This document shows, one piece after another, positions 16,760 through 26,956 of a DNA stretch of 64,000 nt. Numbering within the stretch: position 1 is the stretch's first letter; each line of letters starts with the position of its first letter. This stretch comes from Paracoccaceae bacterium. GTDB taxonomy: Bacteria; Pseudomonadota; Alphaproteobacteria; Rhodobacterales; Rhodobacteraceae. The translations under genes and the position numbers were made by a program. The stretch lies in the NCBI GenBank assembly GCA_028097405.1, contig JAOHEK010000014.1:2147-66146 (forward strand), given 5' to 3'. Under the pieces are notes generated by a model. It made no database searches and was not told the DNA's origin. It saw only the letters and a program-made list of their open reading frames with translations.

Positions 16760-17947
16760 ATGAGTACACCCGAGACGACGTCACGGGGCGGAGAGGCTGT
16801 GCCTGTCCCATCCACGCCAGCCGACGAAGTGAAGACCGCGCTTGCCGGTCTTGTCGGCGACATCACGCAACAACTGCAAAAACAGGAAGACCGTTTCACC
16901 ATGCTAGACCGCAAACACACATTGACCCAATCACGCCGTCCGGCGTTGGCTGCCGCTGCTGATCAGGGTGCCCCGCATCAAAAGGCATTTGCTGCCTATC
17001 TGCGCACTGGCGAAGACGAAGGCCTGCGCGGTCTGAACATCGAAGAGAAAGCCCTGTCGACGGCAGTTTCTGCCGAGGGTGGCTATCTGGTTGATCCTGA
17101 AACGAGCGCATCGGTTCAGTCTGTTCTGCGGTCTGCATCGTCGTTGCGTCAGGTTGCCAAGGTGGTCAACGTCGAAGCCACGTCTTACGACGTTCTGATC
17201 GACAGCACTGAAGCCGGTGCCGGTTGGGCCAGCGAAACTGCCAACCTGACTGAAACGGCGACCCCGACAATCGATCGCATCAGCATTCCGTTGCACGAGT
17301 TGTCGGCCCTGCCAAAGATCAGCCAGCGACTGTTGGATGACAGCGCCTTTGATATCGAAGGTTGGTTGTCGGAGCGTATCGCAGACACGTTTGCGCGTTC
17401 GGAAGCGGCGGCTTTTATTTCGGGCGATGGCGCTGACAAACCGGTGGGTTTCTTGACCCATTCGACGGTGGATAATGACAATTGGGCCTGGGGGTCACTT
17501 GGCTATGTTCCCACCGGCACCGAAGGTGGTTTCAACGGCACCAACCCCGGTGATGGCCTTATCAATCTGGTTTATGGTTTGGGTGCGCGCTACCGCGCCA
17601 ATGCGAGCTTTATCCTGAATTCGAAGACCGCTGGTGTTATTCGCCGGATCAAGGACGCCGAGGGTCGCTTCCTTTGGAGCGATGGTCTGTCCGCAGGTGA
17701 GCCTGCACGCCTTCTTGGGTATCCCGTTGTGATTTCCGAGGATATGCCAGACATCGCGGACGGTAGCCTGTCCGTCGCCTTTGGTGACTTCGGTGCGGGT
17801 TATACCATTGCCGAACGCCCCGATCTGCGCATTTTGCGCGATCCGTTTTCGGCCAAGCCGCACGTCTTGTTCTATGCAACCAAGCGGGTCGGTGGCGATG
17901 TCAGTGACTTTGCTGCGATCAAGCTTCTGAAGTTCTCGAACTCCTAA
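16760..17947 (+). CDS. HK97-fold major capsid protein (g5-like)
   Basis: 395 aa in the canonical position after the protease, with HK97 capsid-like blocks (GGYLVDPE, PVGFL, FLWSDG). Confidence 0.85.
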   Translation: MSTPETTSRGGEAVPVPSTPADEVKTALAGLVGDITQQLQKQEDRFTMLDRKHTLTQSRRPALAAAADQGAPHQKAFAAYLRTGEDEGLRGLNIEEKALSTAVSAEGGYLVDPETSASVQSVLRSASSLRQVAKVVNVEATSYDVLIDSTEAGAGWASETANLTETATPTIDRISIPLHELSALPKISQRLLDDSAFDIEGWLSERIADTFARSEAAAFISGDGADKPVGFLTHSTVDNDNWAWGSLGYVPTGTEGGFNGTNPGDGLINLVYGLGARYRANASFILNSKTAGVIRRIKDAEGRFLWSDGLSAGEPARLLGYPVVISEDMPDIADGSLSVAFGDFGAGYTIAERPDLRILRDPFSAKPHVLFYATKRVGGDVSDFAAIKLLKFSNS

Positions 17948-17958
17948 AGCCTATCGAG

Positions 17959-17987
17959 ATCGGCAGGCCTTTTCGGGGTCTGTCGAT
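17959..17987 (+). other. Stem-loop in the capsid-to-g6 spacer
   Basis: ATCGGCAGGCC (17959-17969) pairs with GGTCTGTCGAT (17977-17987). This gives 11 bp including two G:U pairs and a 7-nt loop. No T-tract follows. Confidence 0.35.
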
Positions 17988-18099
17988 TGGCCGCGCACCG
18001 GGGACACCTCGTGTTTAGCTGCTTTCCTCCGTCAATGCGACCGGGGGAGGTGCGCGTCCATCCAATGAGAAGACGAACGATTATCGGAGGCCACGGAAG

Positions 18100-18699
18100 A
18101 TGATGTTGATCGAGCAGACCCAAGTGCCAGACACGGCGCTTCCGGTCGCAGAATTTCGAGACCATTTGCAGTTGGGAGCTGGGTTTGCCGACGATGGATT
18201 GCAGAACCCTGTGCTTTTGGCGCATTTGCGCGCTGCGTTGGTCGCGGTTGAAGCAAGCACGGGTAAAGCGCTTTTGCCACGGACCTATCAATACGTCGTC
18301 ACGGCGTGGTGGGACCCGTCACGCCAGTCGCTTCCGGTTGCGCCAGTGTCGGTTGTTCAGTCGTTGACGATCACCAACTTAGGTGGGGGCGAAGCGGTGG
18401 TTGATGTCGGCGCTTACCGCGTGGAGCAAGACACCCATGCACCCCATGTGGTCGCAACCGGTTGGAGCTTGCCGACGATCCCGGTAGGCGGGACAGCGGA
18501 GATTGTTTTTGATGCGGGCTATGGTGCCGCCTGGGCTGATGCGCCGGCGGATTTGCGTCAGGCGGTCTTGATGCTGGCGGCGCACTATTATGAAAACCGC
18601 GGTTCCGCTGGGGCGAGAACGCATCAGATACCAAGTGGTCCGGCTGCGATCTGCGCGCGCTACAAGCCGATCCGGATTTCCGGGAGGCGTTGGTCATGA
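18100..18699 (+). CDS. Head-tail connector protein (phage gp6-like; g6)
   Basis: Position and size fit, with a gp6-like N-terminus (VAEFRDHLQLG...LLAHLRAALVAVEASTGKAL). Confidence 0.6.
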   Translation: MMLIEQTQVPDTALPVAEFRDHLQLGAGFADDGLQNPVLLAHLRAALVAVEASTGKALLPRTYQYVVTAWWDPSRQSLPVAPVSVVQSLTITNLGGGEAVVDVGAYRVEQDTHAPHVVATGWSLPTIPVGGTAEIVFDAGYGAAWADAPADLRQAVLMLAAHYYENRGSAGARTHQIPSGPAAICARYKPIRISGRRWS

Positions 18700-19025
18700 G
18701 TATTCTAACGCGCAAACTGGAGCTTGAGGCCCTAACCCGAACGGGGGACGGCCTTGGCGGGTACGACGGCGACTGGATGCCGCTTGGGGTGCACTGGGGC
18801 GCCATCCAGGCTGGCCGGGGTCGGTTGGAAACGGGTGACGGCCATGCGCGGACGCGGGCGTCGTATCGGATCACCATTCGTGCGGTGCCACCGACAAGCC
18901 CCTCGCGGCCTATTGCGGGGCAACGATTTCGCGAAGGTACGCGTGTGTATTTGATCCGCGCTGTGGCCGATGCGCCGGACGCGCGCCATCTTCTTTGTTA
19001 CGTCGATGAGGAGGCCGCGTCATGA
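18696..19025 (+). CDS. Head-tail adaptor / head closure protein (g7-like)
   Basis: 109 aa. The ATG at 18696 follows GGGAGG and overlaps the g6 stop (ATGA). The sequence pattern is SPP1 gp16-like. Confidence 0.6.
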   Translation: MSILTRKLELEALTRTGDGLGGYDGDWMPLGVHWGAIQAGRGRLETGDGHARTRASYRITIRAVPPTSPSRPIAGQRFREGTRVYLIRAVADAPDARHLLCYVDEEAAS

Positions 19026-19432
19026 GCTTTGGGACCGCGAATGCGCTTCAGGCGGCGATTTATCAACATTTACAGAGCGATGCCACACTAACAGCTTTGG
19101 TGGGCGACGCCATTTTTGACGAGATGCCTCCCGGGCCTGTTGAGGGGACTTACCTTAGTTTAGGCGACGGCGACGTGCGCGACATGTCGGATAAGACCGG
19201 CGGTATCGCTGAACATCGCCCGGTGTTGTCGGTGCTGAGTGACGCCGAAGGCTTTGCGCTTGCCAAGACGGCAGCGGCGGCGGCGACTGATGCGCTTTTG
19301 GACGCTGATCTGGTTTTGGCGCGAGGGCGGGTTGTGTCCTTAACCTTTTCCAAGGCGCGCGCACGGCGGGTTCGTGCGGGGCAGGTGCGGCGGATTGATC
19401 TGACGTTTCGCGCGATTGTGGAAGACGACTGA
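19022..19432 (+). CDS. DUF3168-like tail completion protein (g8-like)
   Basis: 136 aa, with an ATGA overlap to g7. The call rests on position in the module. Confidence 0.5.
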   Translation: MSFGTANALQAAIYQHLQSDATLTALVGDAIFDEMPPGPVEGTYLSLGDGDVRDMSDKTGGIAEHRPVLSVLSDAEGFALAKTAAAAATDALLDADLVLARGRVVSLTFSKARARRVRAGQVRRIDLTFRAIVEDD

Positions 19433-19496
19433 AAATTTTTGGCACGCGGACGCTCGGGGGAACTCGGGGCAACGCGCATGAAGTGGAGTAGGGCCT

Positions 19497-19910
19497 ATGG
19501 CGGCACAGAATGGTAAAGACCTTTTGATCAAGCTTGACCTGACCGGGAGCGGCGCGTTCGAGACCATTGCCGGTTTGCGGGCAACGCGCATGTCTTTCAA
19601 CGCAGAAAGCATCGACGTGACAAGCTTGGAAAGCACAGGCGGTTGGCGTGAGCTATTAAGCGGTGCTGGCGTGAAGTCGGCGTCGCTTTCGGGGTCGGGC
19701 GTGTTTCGTGATGCGGCCACGGATGAGCGCACGCGGCAGATTTTCTTTGATGGTGTGGCCCCTGTCTTTCCGGTGATCATCCCCGACTTTGGTGTGATCG
19801 AGGGCGCGTTCATGGTCACCTCGATCGAATACGCGGGGTCACACAATGGCGAGGCGACCTATGAGTTGAGCTTGGCTTCGGCGGGGGCTTTGACCTTCTC
19901 GGCGCTGTGA
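19497..19910 (+). CDS. Major tail protein (TP901-1 family-like; g9)
   Basis: 137 aa, beginning MAAQNGKDLLIKLD... and carrying the ATYELSL C-terminal pattern. It sits before the chaperone and tape-measure genes. Confidence 0.7.
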   Translation: MAAQNGKDLLIKLDLTGSGAFETIAGLRATRMSFNAESIDVTSLESTGGWRELLSGAGVKSASLSGSGVFRDAATDERTRQIFFDGVAPVFPVIIPDFGVIEGAFMVTSIEYAGSHNGEATYELSLASAGALTFSAL

Positions 19911-20227
19911 TGGCGAACCAGTGGGAAGGCGAAGTTGCGATTCGTTTGAACGGTGAGCGGCATGTGATGAAGCTGACGCTGGGGGCTTTGGCCGAGTTGG
20001 AAGCCGGGCTTGAGGCGGACAGCTTGATCGCTTTGGTCGAACGGTTCGAAGCTGGCGCGTTTTCGACGCGGGATGTCTTGGCTTTGATTGTTGCGGGTTT
20101 GCGAGGCGGCGGTTGGCGTGGCGATGCGGCGATTTTGTTGACGGTCGAGATTGAGGGCGGGCCAGTACAGGCTGCTCGATTGGCGGGGCAGTTGTTGGCG
20201 CGGGCCTTTGCGTTTCCGGACCAATGA
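19910..20227 (+). CDS. GTA tail assembly chaperone-like protein (g10)
   Basis: About 105 aa, directly after the major tail gene. Either ATG 19910 or GTG 19907 overlaps the g9 stop. Confidence 0.5.
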   Translation: MANQWEGEVAIRLNGERHVMKLTLGALAELEAGLEADSLIALVERFEAGAFSTRDVLALIVAGLRGGGWRGDAAILLTVEIEGGPVQAARLAGQLLARAFAFPDQ

Positions 20228-20430
20228 ACCGGTTCGATTGGGTGGCGTTGATGCGCTCGGGCGCGGAGCTTGGGTTGAGACCGCGTGAGTTTTGGGCGCT
20301 GACCCCGGCTGAGCTGGCGTTCTTGCTGGGCGAGGGCGGAGGTGCGACCCCTTTAAGCCGGGCGCGTTTGGAGGAACTGGCTGCGGCCTTTCCGGACAGA
20401 GAGATAGGAGAGTGTGATGGCGGGACGTGA
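20224..20430 (+). CDS. Small GTA protein (g10.1-like, second chaperone position)
   Basis: 68 aa, with an ATGA overlap to g10. The call rests on position only. Confidence 0.45.
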   Translation: MNRFDWVALMRSGAELGLRPREFWALTPAELAFLLGEGGGATPLSRARLEELAAAFPDREIGECDGGT

Positions 20431-21061
20431 CGAGGCGACGATTTTCGAAGATCAGATCACTGGCTTGGAAGACGCTATGGCGGCCGCGGGTGAGGTGACG
20501 AAGTCTTTCACCGCAGGATTGCTGGAAGCCGAGAAGGCGATGGAGATTACGGCGCAGCATACGAAAACTCTGTCGACGGGATTGTCGCGGGGTTTGCGGA
20601 GCGCGTTTGATGGTTTGATTTTTGATGGGTACCGCGCAAGCGACGCTTTGTCGACGGTGGCGCGCTCGGTGGTGAACACGGCCTATTCGGCGGCCATTCG
20701 CCCGGTGACGTCTCAGTTGGGCGGGGCTTTGGCGTCAGCGGTGACGGGGCTGTTCGCAGATGGTGCTGCGTTTTCGCAAGGGCGGGTGACGCCTTTTGCG
20801 TCGGGCGGAATTGTGTCGGGACCGACGGCTTTTCCGATGCGGGGTGGCACTGCTTTGATGGGTGAGGCGGGGCCCGAAGCGATCATGCCTTTGACGCGGG
20901 GCGCTGATGGTCGTTTGGGCGTGCGCGCGGCGGGCGGCGGGGGTGGTGTTTCGGTTGTGATGAATATCACGACGCCGGATGCACAAAGTTTTCAGCGCAG
21001 CCAGACCCAGATCGCCGCTCAGATGAGCCGGGCTTTGGGGCGCAGTCAGCGCAATTCCTGA
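20417..21061 (+). CDS. Short tail tape measure protein (g11-like)
   Basis: About 214 aa. The N-half is helical and the C-half Gly/Ala-rich (GGIVSGPTAFPMRGGTALMGEAGPEAIMPL). It occupies the tape-measure position. Confidence 0.6.
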   Translation: MAGRDEATIFEDQITGLEDAMAAAGEVTKSFTAGLLEAEKAMEITAQHTKTLSTGLSRGLRSAFDGLIFDGYRASDALSTVARSVVNTAYSAAIRPVTSQLGGALASAVTGLFADGAAFSQGRVTPFASGGIVSGPTAFPMRGGTALMGEAGPEAIMPLTRGADGRLGVRAAGGGGGVSVVMNITTPDAQSFQRSQTQIAAQMSRALGRSQRNS

Positions 21062-21106
21062 ACACTTGTCTAACCAGGCGAGACCACATGTTTAAAGGGG
21101 GCAGAG

Positions 21107-21736
21107 ATGTCGTTTCACGAAATCAGATTTCCGACGAACCTGAGTTTTGGATCGTCCGGCGGGCCGGAGCGTTTGACCGAGATCGTGACGCTGGCCAATG
21201 GCTTTGAAGAGCGCAACACGCCTTGGGCAGATTCCCGGCGGCGTTACGATGCAGGATTGGGGATGCGGTCGTTGACGGATGTAGACGCCTTGATTGCGTT
21301 CTTCGAAGCGCGGCGCGGGCAGCTTTATGGATTTCGCTGGAAGGATTGGACGGATTACCGATCTTCGGGCGCTGTGGACGCTCCGGCTTTTGGTGATCAG
21401 GTGATTGGCGTCGGTGATGGGTCGGAGACGATGTTTCAGTTGGTCAAAACCTATGCCTCGGGTGGGGCGAGCTATGTGCGCGACATTCTGAAACCTGTGG
21501 CGGGATCGGTTATTGTGGGTGTCGATGGAGCGGCTTTGGAAAGTGCTGATTTTTCTGTTGATGTGAAGTCCGGAACGATCACGCTTGCGACGCCTGCACT
21601 GGCCGGGGTCCCGGTGACGGCGGGTTTTCAATTTGATGTGCCGGTTCGGTTTGACACAGACGTTTTGCAGATCTCGGTTGCGAGTTTCAATGCGGGCGAA
21701 ATTCCAAATGTGCCGATTGTCGAGGTTCGCCTATGA
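21107..21736 (+). CDS. Distal tail protein (DUF2460 / TIGR02217-like; g12)
   Basis: The MSFHEIRFPTNLSFGSSGGPERLTEIVTLANGFEERN N-terminus is characteristic of this GTA/phage family. Confidence 0.65.
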   Translation: MSFHEIRFPTNLSFGSSGGPERLTEIVTLANGFEERNTPWADSRRRYDAGLGMRSLTDVDALIAFFEARRGQLYGFRWKDWTDYRSSGAVDAPAFGDQVIGVGDGSETMFQLVKTYASGGASYVRDILKPVAGSVIVGVDGAALESADFSVDVKSGTITLATPALAGVPVTAGFQFDVPVRFDTDVLQISVASFNAGEIPNVPIVEVRL

Positions 21737-22611
21737 CCACTTTGGTAGAACATTTGGACCAGAAGGTTACGACGATTTGTCGGGTGTGGGCTTTGACGCG
21801 GCGCGATGGTGTGGTGATGGGGTTTACCGATCACGACCGACCGCTTGCGTTTGATGGTATCGAGTTTAACGCATCGACCGGCATGAGTGCACGGGCGTTG
21901 GAGCAGACGACGGGGCTTGCGGTGGACAACACTGAAGCAGTTGGTGCCTTGACGGACGTGGCCATTCGCGAAGACGATGTGCGGGCGGGATTATTTGATG
22001 GCGCGCGCATTCAGGCGTGGCATGTGAACTGGCGGGACGTGGACGCCCGGGCTTTGGTGTTTCGTGGCCGGTTGGGTGAGATCGAGCGACAGGGCAAAAA
22101 CTTTCGGGCCGAGTTGCGGGGATTGACGGATCAGTTGAACCGACCGCAGGGGCGCGTCTATCAACAGCCTTGTGCAGCCGTGCTGGGTGATGGGGATTGT
22201 CGATTTGATACTGGGCTTTCCGGGTTTTCGGTTGAGGCTGTCGTGGTGTCGGTGGCCGACGGGGTTGAGCTGCGTCTGCCCGGCCAATCTGGTTTGGACG
22301 AAGGTTGGTTTCAGCGCGGTCGTCTGACGGTGATGGACGGGGCGGCGGCTGGGGCCGTTGGGGTAGTGAAGCGTGATCGCGAAATCGCCGGACAAAGGGT
22401 TGTCGAGCTTTGGGAGATTCTGAGCCCGGCTTTCTCGCCCGGGGATCGGGTTCGTCTTGAGGCAGGATGTGACAAGCGTGCGGCGACGTGTCGGGACAAG
22501 TTCAGTAACTTTCTGAATTTTCGTGGTTTTCCGACCATTCCGGGCGAAGATTGGCTGGTCTCCTATCCGGTGCGTGGAGGGGCGAACGATGGTGGGAGCC
22601 TTTCAGCATGA
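21733..22611 (+). CDS. DUF2163 / BR0599-like tail hub protein (g13)
   Basis: TTICRVWALTRRDGVVMGFTDHDRPLAFDGIEFNA... plus the C-terminal CDKRAATCRDKFSNFLNFRGFP motif. Confidence 0.65.
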   Translation: MTTLVEHLDQKVTTICRVWALTRRDGVVMGFTDHDRPLAFDGIEFNASTGMSARALEQTTGLAVDNTEAVGALTDVAIREDDVRAGLFDGARIQAWHVNWRDVDARALVFRGRLGEIERQGKNFRAELRGLTDQLNRPQGRVYQQPCAAVLGDGDCRFDTGLSGFSVEAVVVSVADGVELRLPGQSGLDEGWFQRGRLTVMDGAAAGAVGVVKRDREIAGQRVVELWEILSPAFSPGDRVRLEAGCDKRAATCRDKFSNFLNFRGFPTIPGEDWLVSYPVRGGANDGGSLSA

Positions 22612-23033
22612 GCGCTTTGATCGTAGATGAAGCGCGCCGTTGGATCGGGACACCTTATCGGCATCAGGCGGCGGTGCGCGGTGCGGGTTGCGATTGTCTT
22701 GGGTTGTTGCGCGGCGTTTGGTGCGAGGTTTACGGCGCCGAACCTGAGGTGCCGCCCGCTTATACGCCGGACTGGGATGAGGTGACGCAAGCAGATGTCT
22801 TGATGGCGGCAGCGCGTCGCCATTTAGAGCCGCAAGAAATGAGCGAGATCGCGTCGGGGGATGTTTTGCTGTTTCGGATGCGTCAGGGCGCGGTGGCGAA
22901 ACACCTAGGTATCGCATCGGGAGCTGCGTCGTTCATCCATGCCTATTCCGGGCACGGTGTGATCGAGAACGCATTGAGTGATCCATGGCGGCGGCGAATT
23001 GTCGGCGTTTATTCGTTTCCGACGTTGGATTGA
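22608..23033 (+). CDS. NlpC/P60-family cell-wall peptidase (g14)
   Basis: GTPYRHQAAVRGAGCDCLGLLRGVW contains the catalytic Cys, and the downstream H motif HLGI is present. The start overlaps g13 (ATGA). Confidence 0.75.
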   Translation: MSALIVDEARRWIGTPYRHQAAVRGAGCDCLGLLRGVWCEVYGAEPEVPPAYTPDWDEVTQADVLMAAARRHLEPQEMSEIASGDVLLFRMRQGAVAKHLGIASGAASFIHAYSGHGVIENALSDPWRRRIVGVYSFPTLD

Positions 23034-23071
23034 GCGTCGACCAAGACATTCGGAAAATCTGAGGGGGCCCT

Positions 23072-26000
23072 ATGGCAACGATATTACTCTCTGCGGCAGG
23101 TGCGTCGCTTGGTTCGTCGATTGGCGGCTCAGTGCTGGGCATCTCTGCTTCTGTTCTTGGGCAGGCTGCAGGCGCGACTTTGGGCCGGGTTATTGATTCT
23201 CAAATTCTTGGTTCGGGGTCCCCTGCGGTTGAGACCGGTAAGATTGATCGGTTTCGTCTGACGGGTGCGTCCGAAGGCGCGCCGATCGCGAAGGTGCATG
23301 GCCGCACGCGTGTATCGGGTCAGGTGATCTGGTCGTCTCGATTTCAAGAGGACGTGTCTGTGTCTGGCGGAGGCGGTAAGGGCGCGCCGTCGCAACCGAA
23401 GACCACGAGTTACTCCTATTCGGTCAGCTTGGCCGTTGCTTTGTGCCACGGTGAGATCACGCGTATCGGGCGCATCTGGGCGGACGGCAACGAGGTGTCG
23501 CGATCTGATTTGAACATGCGGGTTTACACTGGGACGGAAGAACAGTTACCGGATCCGAAGATAGAAGCTGTGGAAGGCGTGGGGCAGGCGCCTGCCTATC
23601 GCGGGACGGCTTATGTCGTAATCGAAGATTTGCATTTGGCCCCCTTTGGCAATCGTGCGCCGCAGTTCAGTTTCGAAGTTATGCGTTCCAGCGTTGGTGA
23701 TCCTTCGGATCAGGTCCGCGCTGTGGCGATCATTCCGGGGACGGGGGAGTATTCGCTGGCGACGACTCCGGTCCATTTTGAGGATGCCCCCGGGAAGGTG
23801 CGTTCGGCCAATGTGCATTCGCCGGTTGGTGGGACGGACTTTGAAGTATCGCTCGAAGCCTTGAGTGAGGAGCTTCCGAACTGTGCGTCAGGGTCGTTAA
23901 TCGTGTCGTGGTTTGGCGATGATCTTCGGTGTGGATCGTGCGAGATTAAACCGAAAGTCGAGCAGACCAGCACGGACGGGCAGGGGATGCCTTGGACGGT
24001 GTCGGGTGTATCGCGGACTGCGTCCGGGGTTGTGCCATTGGTGGACAGTCGTCCGGTTTATGGTGGCACACCGTCGGATCGGTCGGTGATTGAAGCGATC
24101 ACCGCGATGCGGAATGTCGGACAGGACGTGATGTTTTATCCGTTTATTTTGATGGAACAGCTGGCTGGCAATGGGTTAATCGATCCTTGGACCGGTGATG
24201 TGGATCAACCGGTTTTGCCATGGCGCGGGCGTATTACGTCTTCGCTGGCTCCGGGTGTTTCCGGTTCACCTGATGGGACGGCGGCAGCCGACGGTGAAGT
24301 CGCGGCATTCTTTGGTGCGGCTATGGCCTCTGAGTTTTCCGTGGTCGGATCGTCGGTCAGTTATATTGGTTCAGACGGATTTTCCTATCGTCGGTTCATC
24401 CTGCATTACGCGCATCTTTGTGCTTTGGCAGGTGGTGTTGAGGCGTTCTGTATTGGTTCGGAAATGCGATCCCTGACCCAAATTCGGGGTGCCGGTGGGG
24501 CGTTTCCCGCAGTTGAGGCCCTACGAGATTTGGCGGGCGAGGTGCGGACCATTTTGGGGCCGGACGCAAAGATCGGGTATGCGGCGGATTGGTCCGAGTA
24601 CTTTGGGTATCATCCACAGGATGGATCGGGCGATCTGTTGTTTCATCTTGACCCCTTGTGGTCGGATGCGGATATCGATTTCGTCGGCATCGATAATTAC
24701 ATGCCGCTCAGCGATTGGCGCGATGGTTTTGATCACACAGATGCGACTTGGGGGTCGGTCTATAACCCGAGTTATCTGAAGGCGAATATCGCCGGTGGCG
24801 AGGGCTTTGATTGGTACTATGCCTCGGCTGGCGACGAGGCGGCGCAGGTCCGGACACCGATCACCGATGGCACTTATGATGAGCCTTGGGTTTGGCGGTA
24901 CAAGGACTTGGAGGGTTGGTGGTCGAACCCGCATCATAATCGTTTGGGCGGTGTGCGTCAGGCAATTGCAACGGGATGGGCGCCGGGTTCGAAGCCGATT
25001 TGGTTCACCGAGGTCGGTTGTGCGGCCGTCGACAAGGGCACCAATCAGCCGAATAAGTTTCTAGATCCGAAATCTTCGGAATCGTCTTTGCCGAAGTACT
25101 CCAACGGTGCGCGCGATGATCTGATCCAGATGCAATACTTACGTGCGATGACCGAGTTTTGGGATGATCCGGCGAACAATCCGGTGTCTACCAACTATGG
25201 CGCGCCGATGGTGGCGACGGACCGGATGTTCCTTTGGGCGTGGGACGCGCGACCTTACCCCTATTTTCCGGGTAACTTCGAGACTTGGAGCGATGGCGAG
25301 AATTATGCGCGTGGTCATTGGCTGAATGGGCGGGTGACGACGCGGTCTTTGGCGGCAGTGATCAAAGAGATCTGCGTTGAATCTGGCGTATCCGAGATTG
25401 ACGTGTCGGGTGTCCATGGCTTGGTGCGCGGTTATGCCTTGGATGGGGGCGAGGAAGCGCGGACGGCTTTGCAGCCCTTGTTGCTGGCTTACGGTGTTGA
25501 TGCGATCGAAGCGGACGGGGTGCTGGTGTTTCGGAACCGCACCGGTTTGACTCAACGGACTTTGGCGGAGGGTGACCTGGCTTGGGGCGAAGCATCGTCT
25601 TTGATTGCCAGGTCGCGCGCGCCCGAAGCCGAGATTTCGGGGCGGGTTCGCCTGACTTATGTTGACGCTGATGGTGATTACGAAGTGCGCGGGACGGAGG
25701 GTATTTTTCCTGACGAGGCGACGGTTTCGGTGACACGCAGCGAGTTGCCGCTGGCGCTGACTAAGAGCGAGGCGCAGGCGATTGTTGAACGCTGGTTGGC
25801 GGAAGCTCGCGTAGCGCGGGATGGAGTTTCGTTCGCTTTGCCGCCGTCGGCGGATGTGTCGGCCGGTGATACTATTGACCTTGAGGGCGACCGCTACCGC
25901 ATTGATCGGGTTGCGGAATCCGGCCTGAAGATGGTTGAGGGCGTGCGGGTGGAACGTGGGCTTTATCAAAGGGTAACAAGCGACGATAGTTTTACGGCTC

Positions 26001-26956
26001 AGGCGCCGGTCATCGCGCCTTTGCCGGTTTGGGTCGAGGTGATGAACTTGCCTTTGTTGCGCGGCACCGAAGCGCCCGAAGCACCATGGATTGCCGCCAC
26101 ATCCGAGCCATGGCCGGGTGAGGTTGCCGTTTACACCAGCTTGGATGGCGCGAGTTGGGCGTTTGATGCGCTGTTGAGCCGACGCGCAGTCATGGGGACA
26201 ACGTTGAATGCCTTGGTACCCGCAACGCCGGGACTTTGGGATCGTGGGGCCGGGTTGGAGGTTGCTTTGGTCCATGGCGCATTGGCGTCTGTGGATGAGA
26301 CATCGCTTTTCGCCGGCGGCAATGTCGCGGCGATTGGAGCTCCGGGTGGCGATGCGCACGAGGTTTTCCAGTTTCGAGATGCCGATTTGATCGCGCCCGA
26401 TACATGGGCCTTGTCGATGCGGCTTCGCGGGCAGCGGGGCACCGAAAACGCCATGGCAGAAGGATGGTCAGAGGGATCGACCTTGGTGGTTTTGGACGGG
26501 GCGGCTGTGCAACTGTCGTTGTCGTCAGAGCTGCGCAATGTGCCGCGGCTTTACCGCGTCGGCCCGGCCTCGAAGGCGGTGGATCATAGCTCGTACGTCG
26601 AATTTGAGCACACAGCGACGGGCGTTGGACTGCGCCCGTTTGCGCCGGTGCATTTGCGTGGCCGCCCGGATGGGTCTGGCGGTCATGTGGTCAATTGGGT
26701 TCGGCGGACACGTATTGACGGAGACAATTGGGCTCTGCCCGACGTGCCTTTGGGCGAGGCCTATGAGGCTTACCGGATACGCGTGATATCGGGCGGCGAG
26801 TTGATCCGGGATGAAACCGTTTCATCCCAAACCTGGACCTACGACACCATGGCGCAATTCGAAGACGGCATCACAGCACCGTTCGAAATCGAAGTGGCAC
26901 AAATTTCAGACCTCTATGGACCCGGCGACACAGCAAGGATCGTGATCAATGACTAA
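23072..26956 (+). CDS. Large GTA host-specificity / baseplate protein (g15-like)
   Basis: 1294 aa and the last large gene of the module. It has a central glycoside-hydrolase/TIM-barrel-like region, as in the RcGTA g15 family. The call rests on size, position and family recollection. Confidence 0.7.
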   Translation: MATILLSAAGASLGSSIGGSVLGISASVLGQAAGATLGRVIDSQILGSGSPAVETGKIDRFRLTGASEGAPIAKVHGRTRVSGQVIWSSRFQEDVSVSGGGGKGAPSQPKTTSYSYSVSLAVALCHGEITRIGRIWADGNEVSRSDLNMRVYTGTEEQLPDPKIEAVEGVGQAPAYRGTAYVVIEDLHLAPFGNRAPQFSFEVMRSSVGDPSDQVRAVAIIPGTGEYSLATTPVHFEDAPGKVRSANVHSPVGGTDFEVSLEALSEELPNCASGSLIVSWFGDDLRCGSCEIKPKVEQTSTDGQGMPWTVSGVSRTASGVVPLVDSRPVYGGTPSDRSVIEAITAMRNVGQDVMFYPFILMEQLAGNGLIDPWTGDVDQPVLPWRGRITSSLAPGVSGSPDGTAAADGEVAAFFGAAMASEFSVVGSSVSYIGSDGFSYRRFILHYAHLCALAGGVEAFCIGSEMRSLTQIRGAGGAFPAVEALRDLAGEVRTILGPDAKIGYAADWSEYFGYHPQDGSGDLLFHLDPLWSDADIDFVGIDNYMPLSDWRDGFDHTDATWGSVYNPSYLKANIAGGEGFDWYYASAGDEAAQVRTPITDGTYDEPWVWRYKDLEGWWSNPHHNRLGGVRQAIATGWAPGSKPIWFTEVGCAAVDKGTNQPNKFLDPKSSESSLPKYSNGARDDLIQMQYLRAMTEFWDDPANNPVSTNYGAPMVATDRMFLWAWDARPYPYFPGNFETWSDGENYARGHWLNGRVTTRSLAAVIKEICVESGVSEIDVSGVHGLVRGYALDGGEEARTALQPLLLAYGVDAIEADGVLVFRNRTGLTQRTLAEGDLAWGEASSLIARSRAPEAEISGRVRLTYVDADGDYEVRGTEGIFPDEATVSVTRSELPLALTKSEAQAIVERWLAEARVARDGVSFALPPSADVSAGDTIDLEGDRYRIDRVAESGLKMVEGVRVERGLYQRVTSDDSFTAQAPVIAPLPVWVEVMNLPLLRGTEAPEAPWIAATSEPWPGEVAVYTSLDGASWAFDALLSRRAVMGTTLNALVPATPGLWDRGAGLEVALVHGALASVDETSLFAGGNVAAIGAPGGDAHEVFQFRDADLIAPDTWALSMRLRGQRGTENAMAEGWSEGSTLVVLDGAAVQLSLSSELRNVPRLYRVGPASKAVDHSSYVEFEHTATGVGLRPFAPVHLRGRPDGSGGHVVNWVRRTRIDGDNWALPDVPLGEAYEAYRIRVISGGELIRDETVSSQTWTYDTMAQFEDGITAPFEIEVAQISDLYGPGDTARIVIND

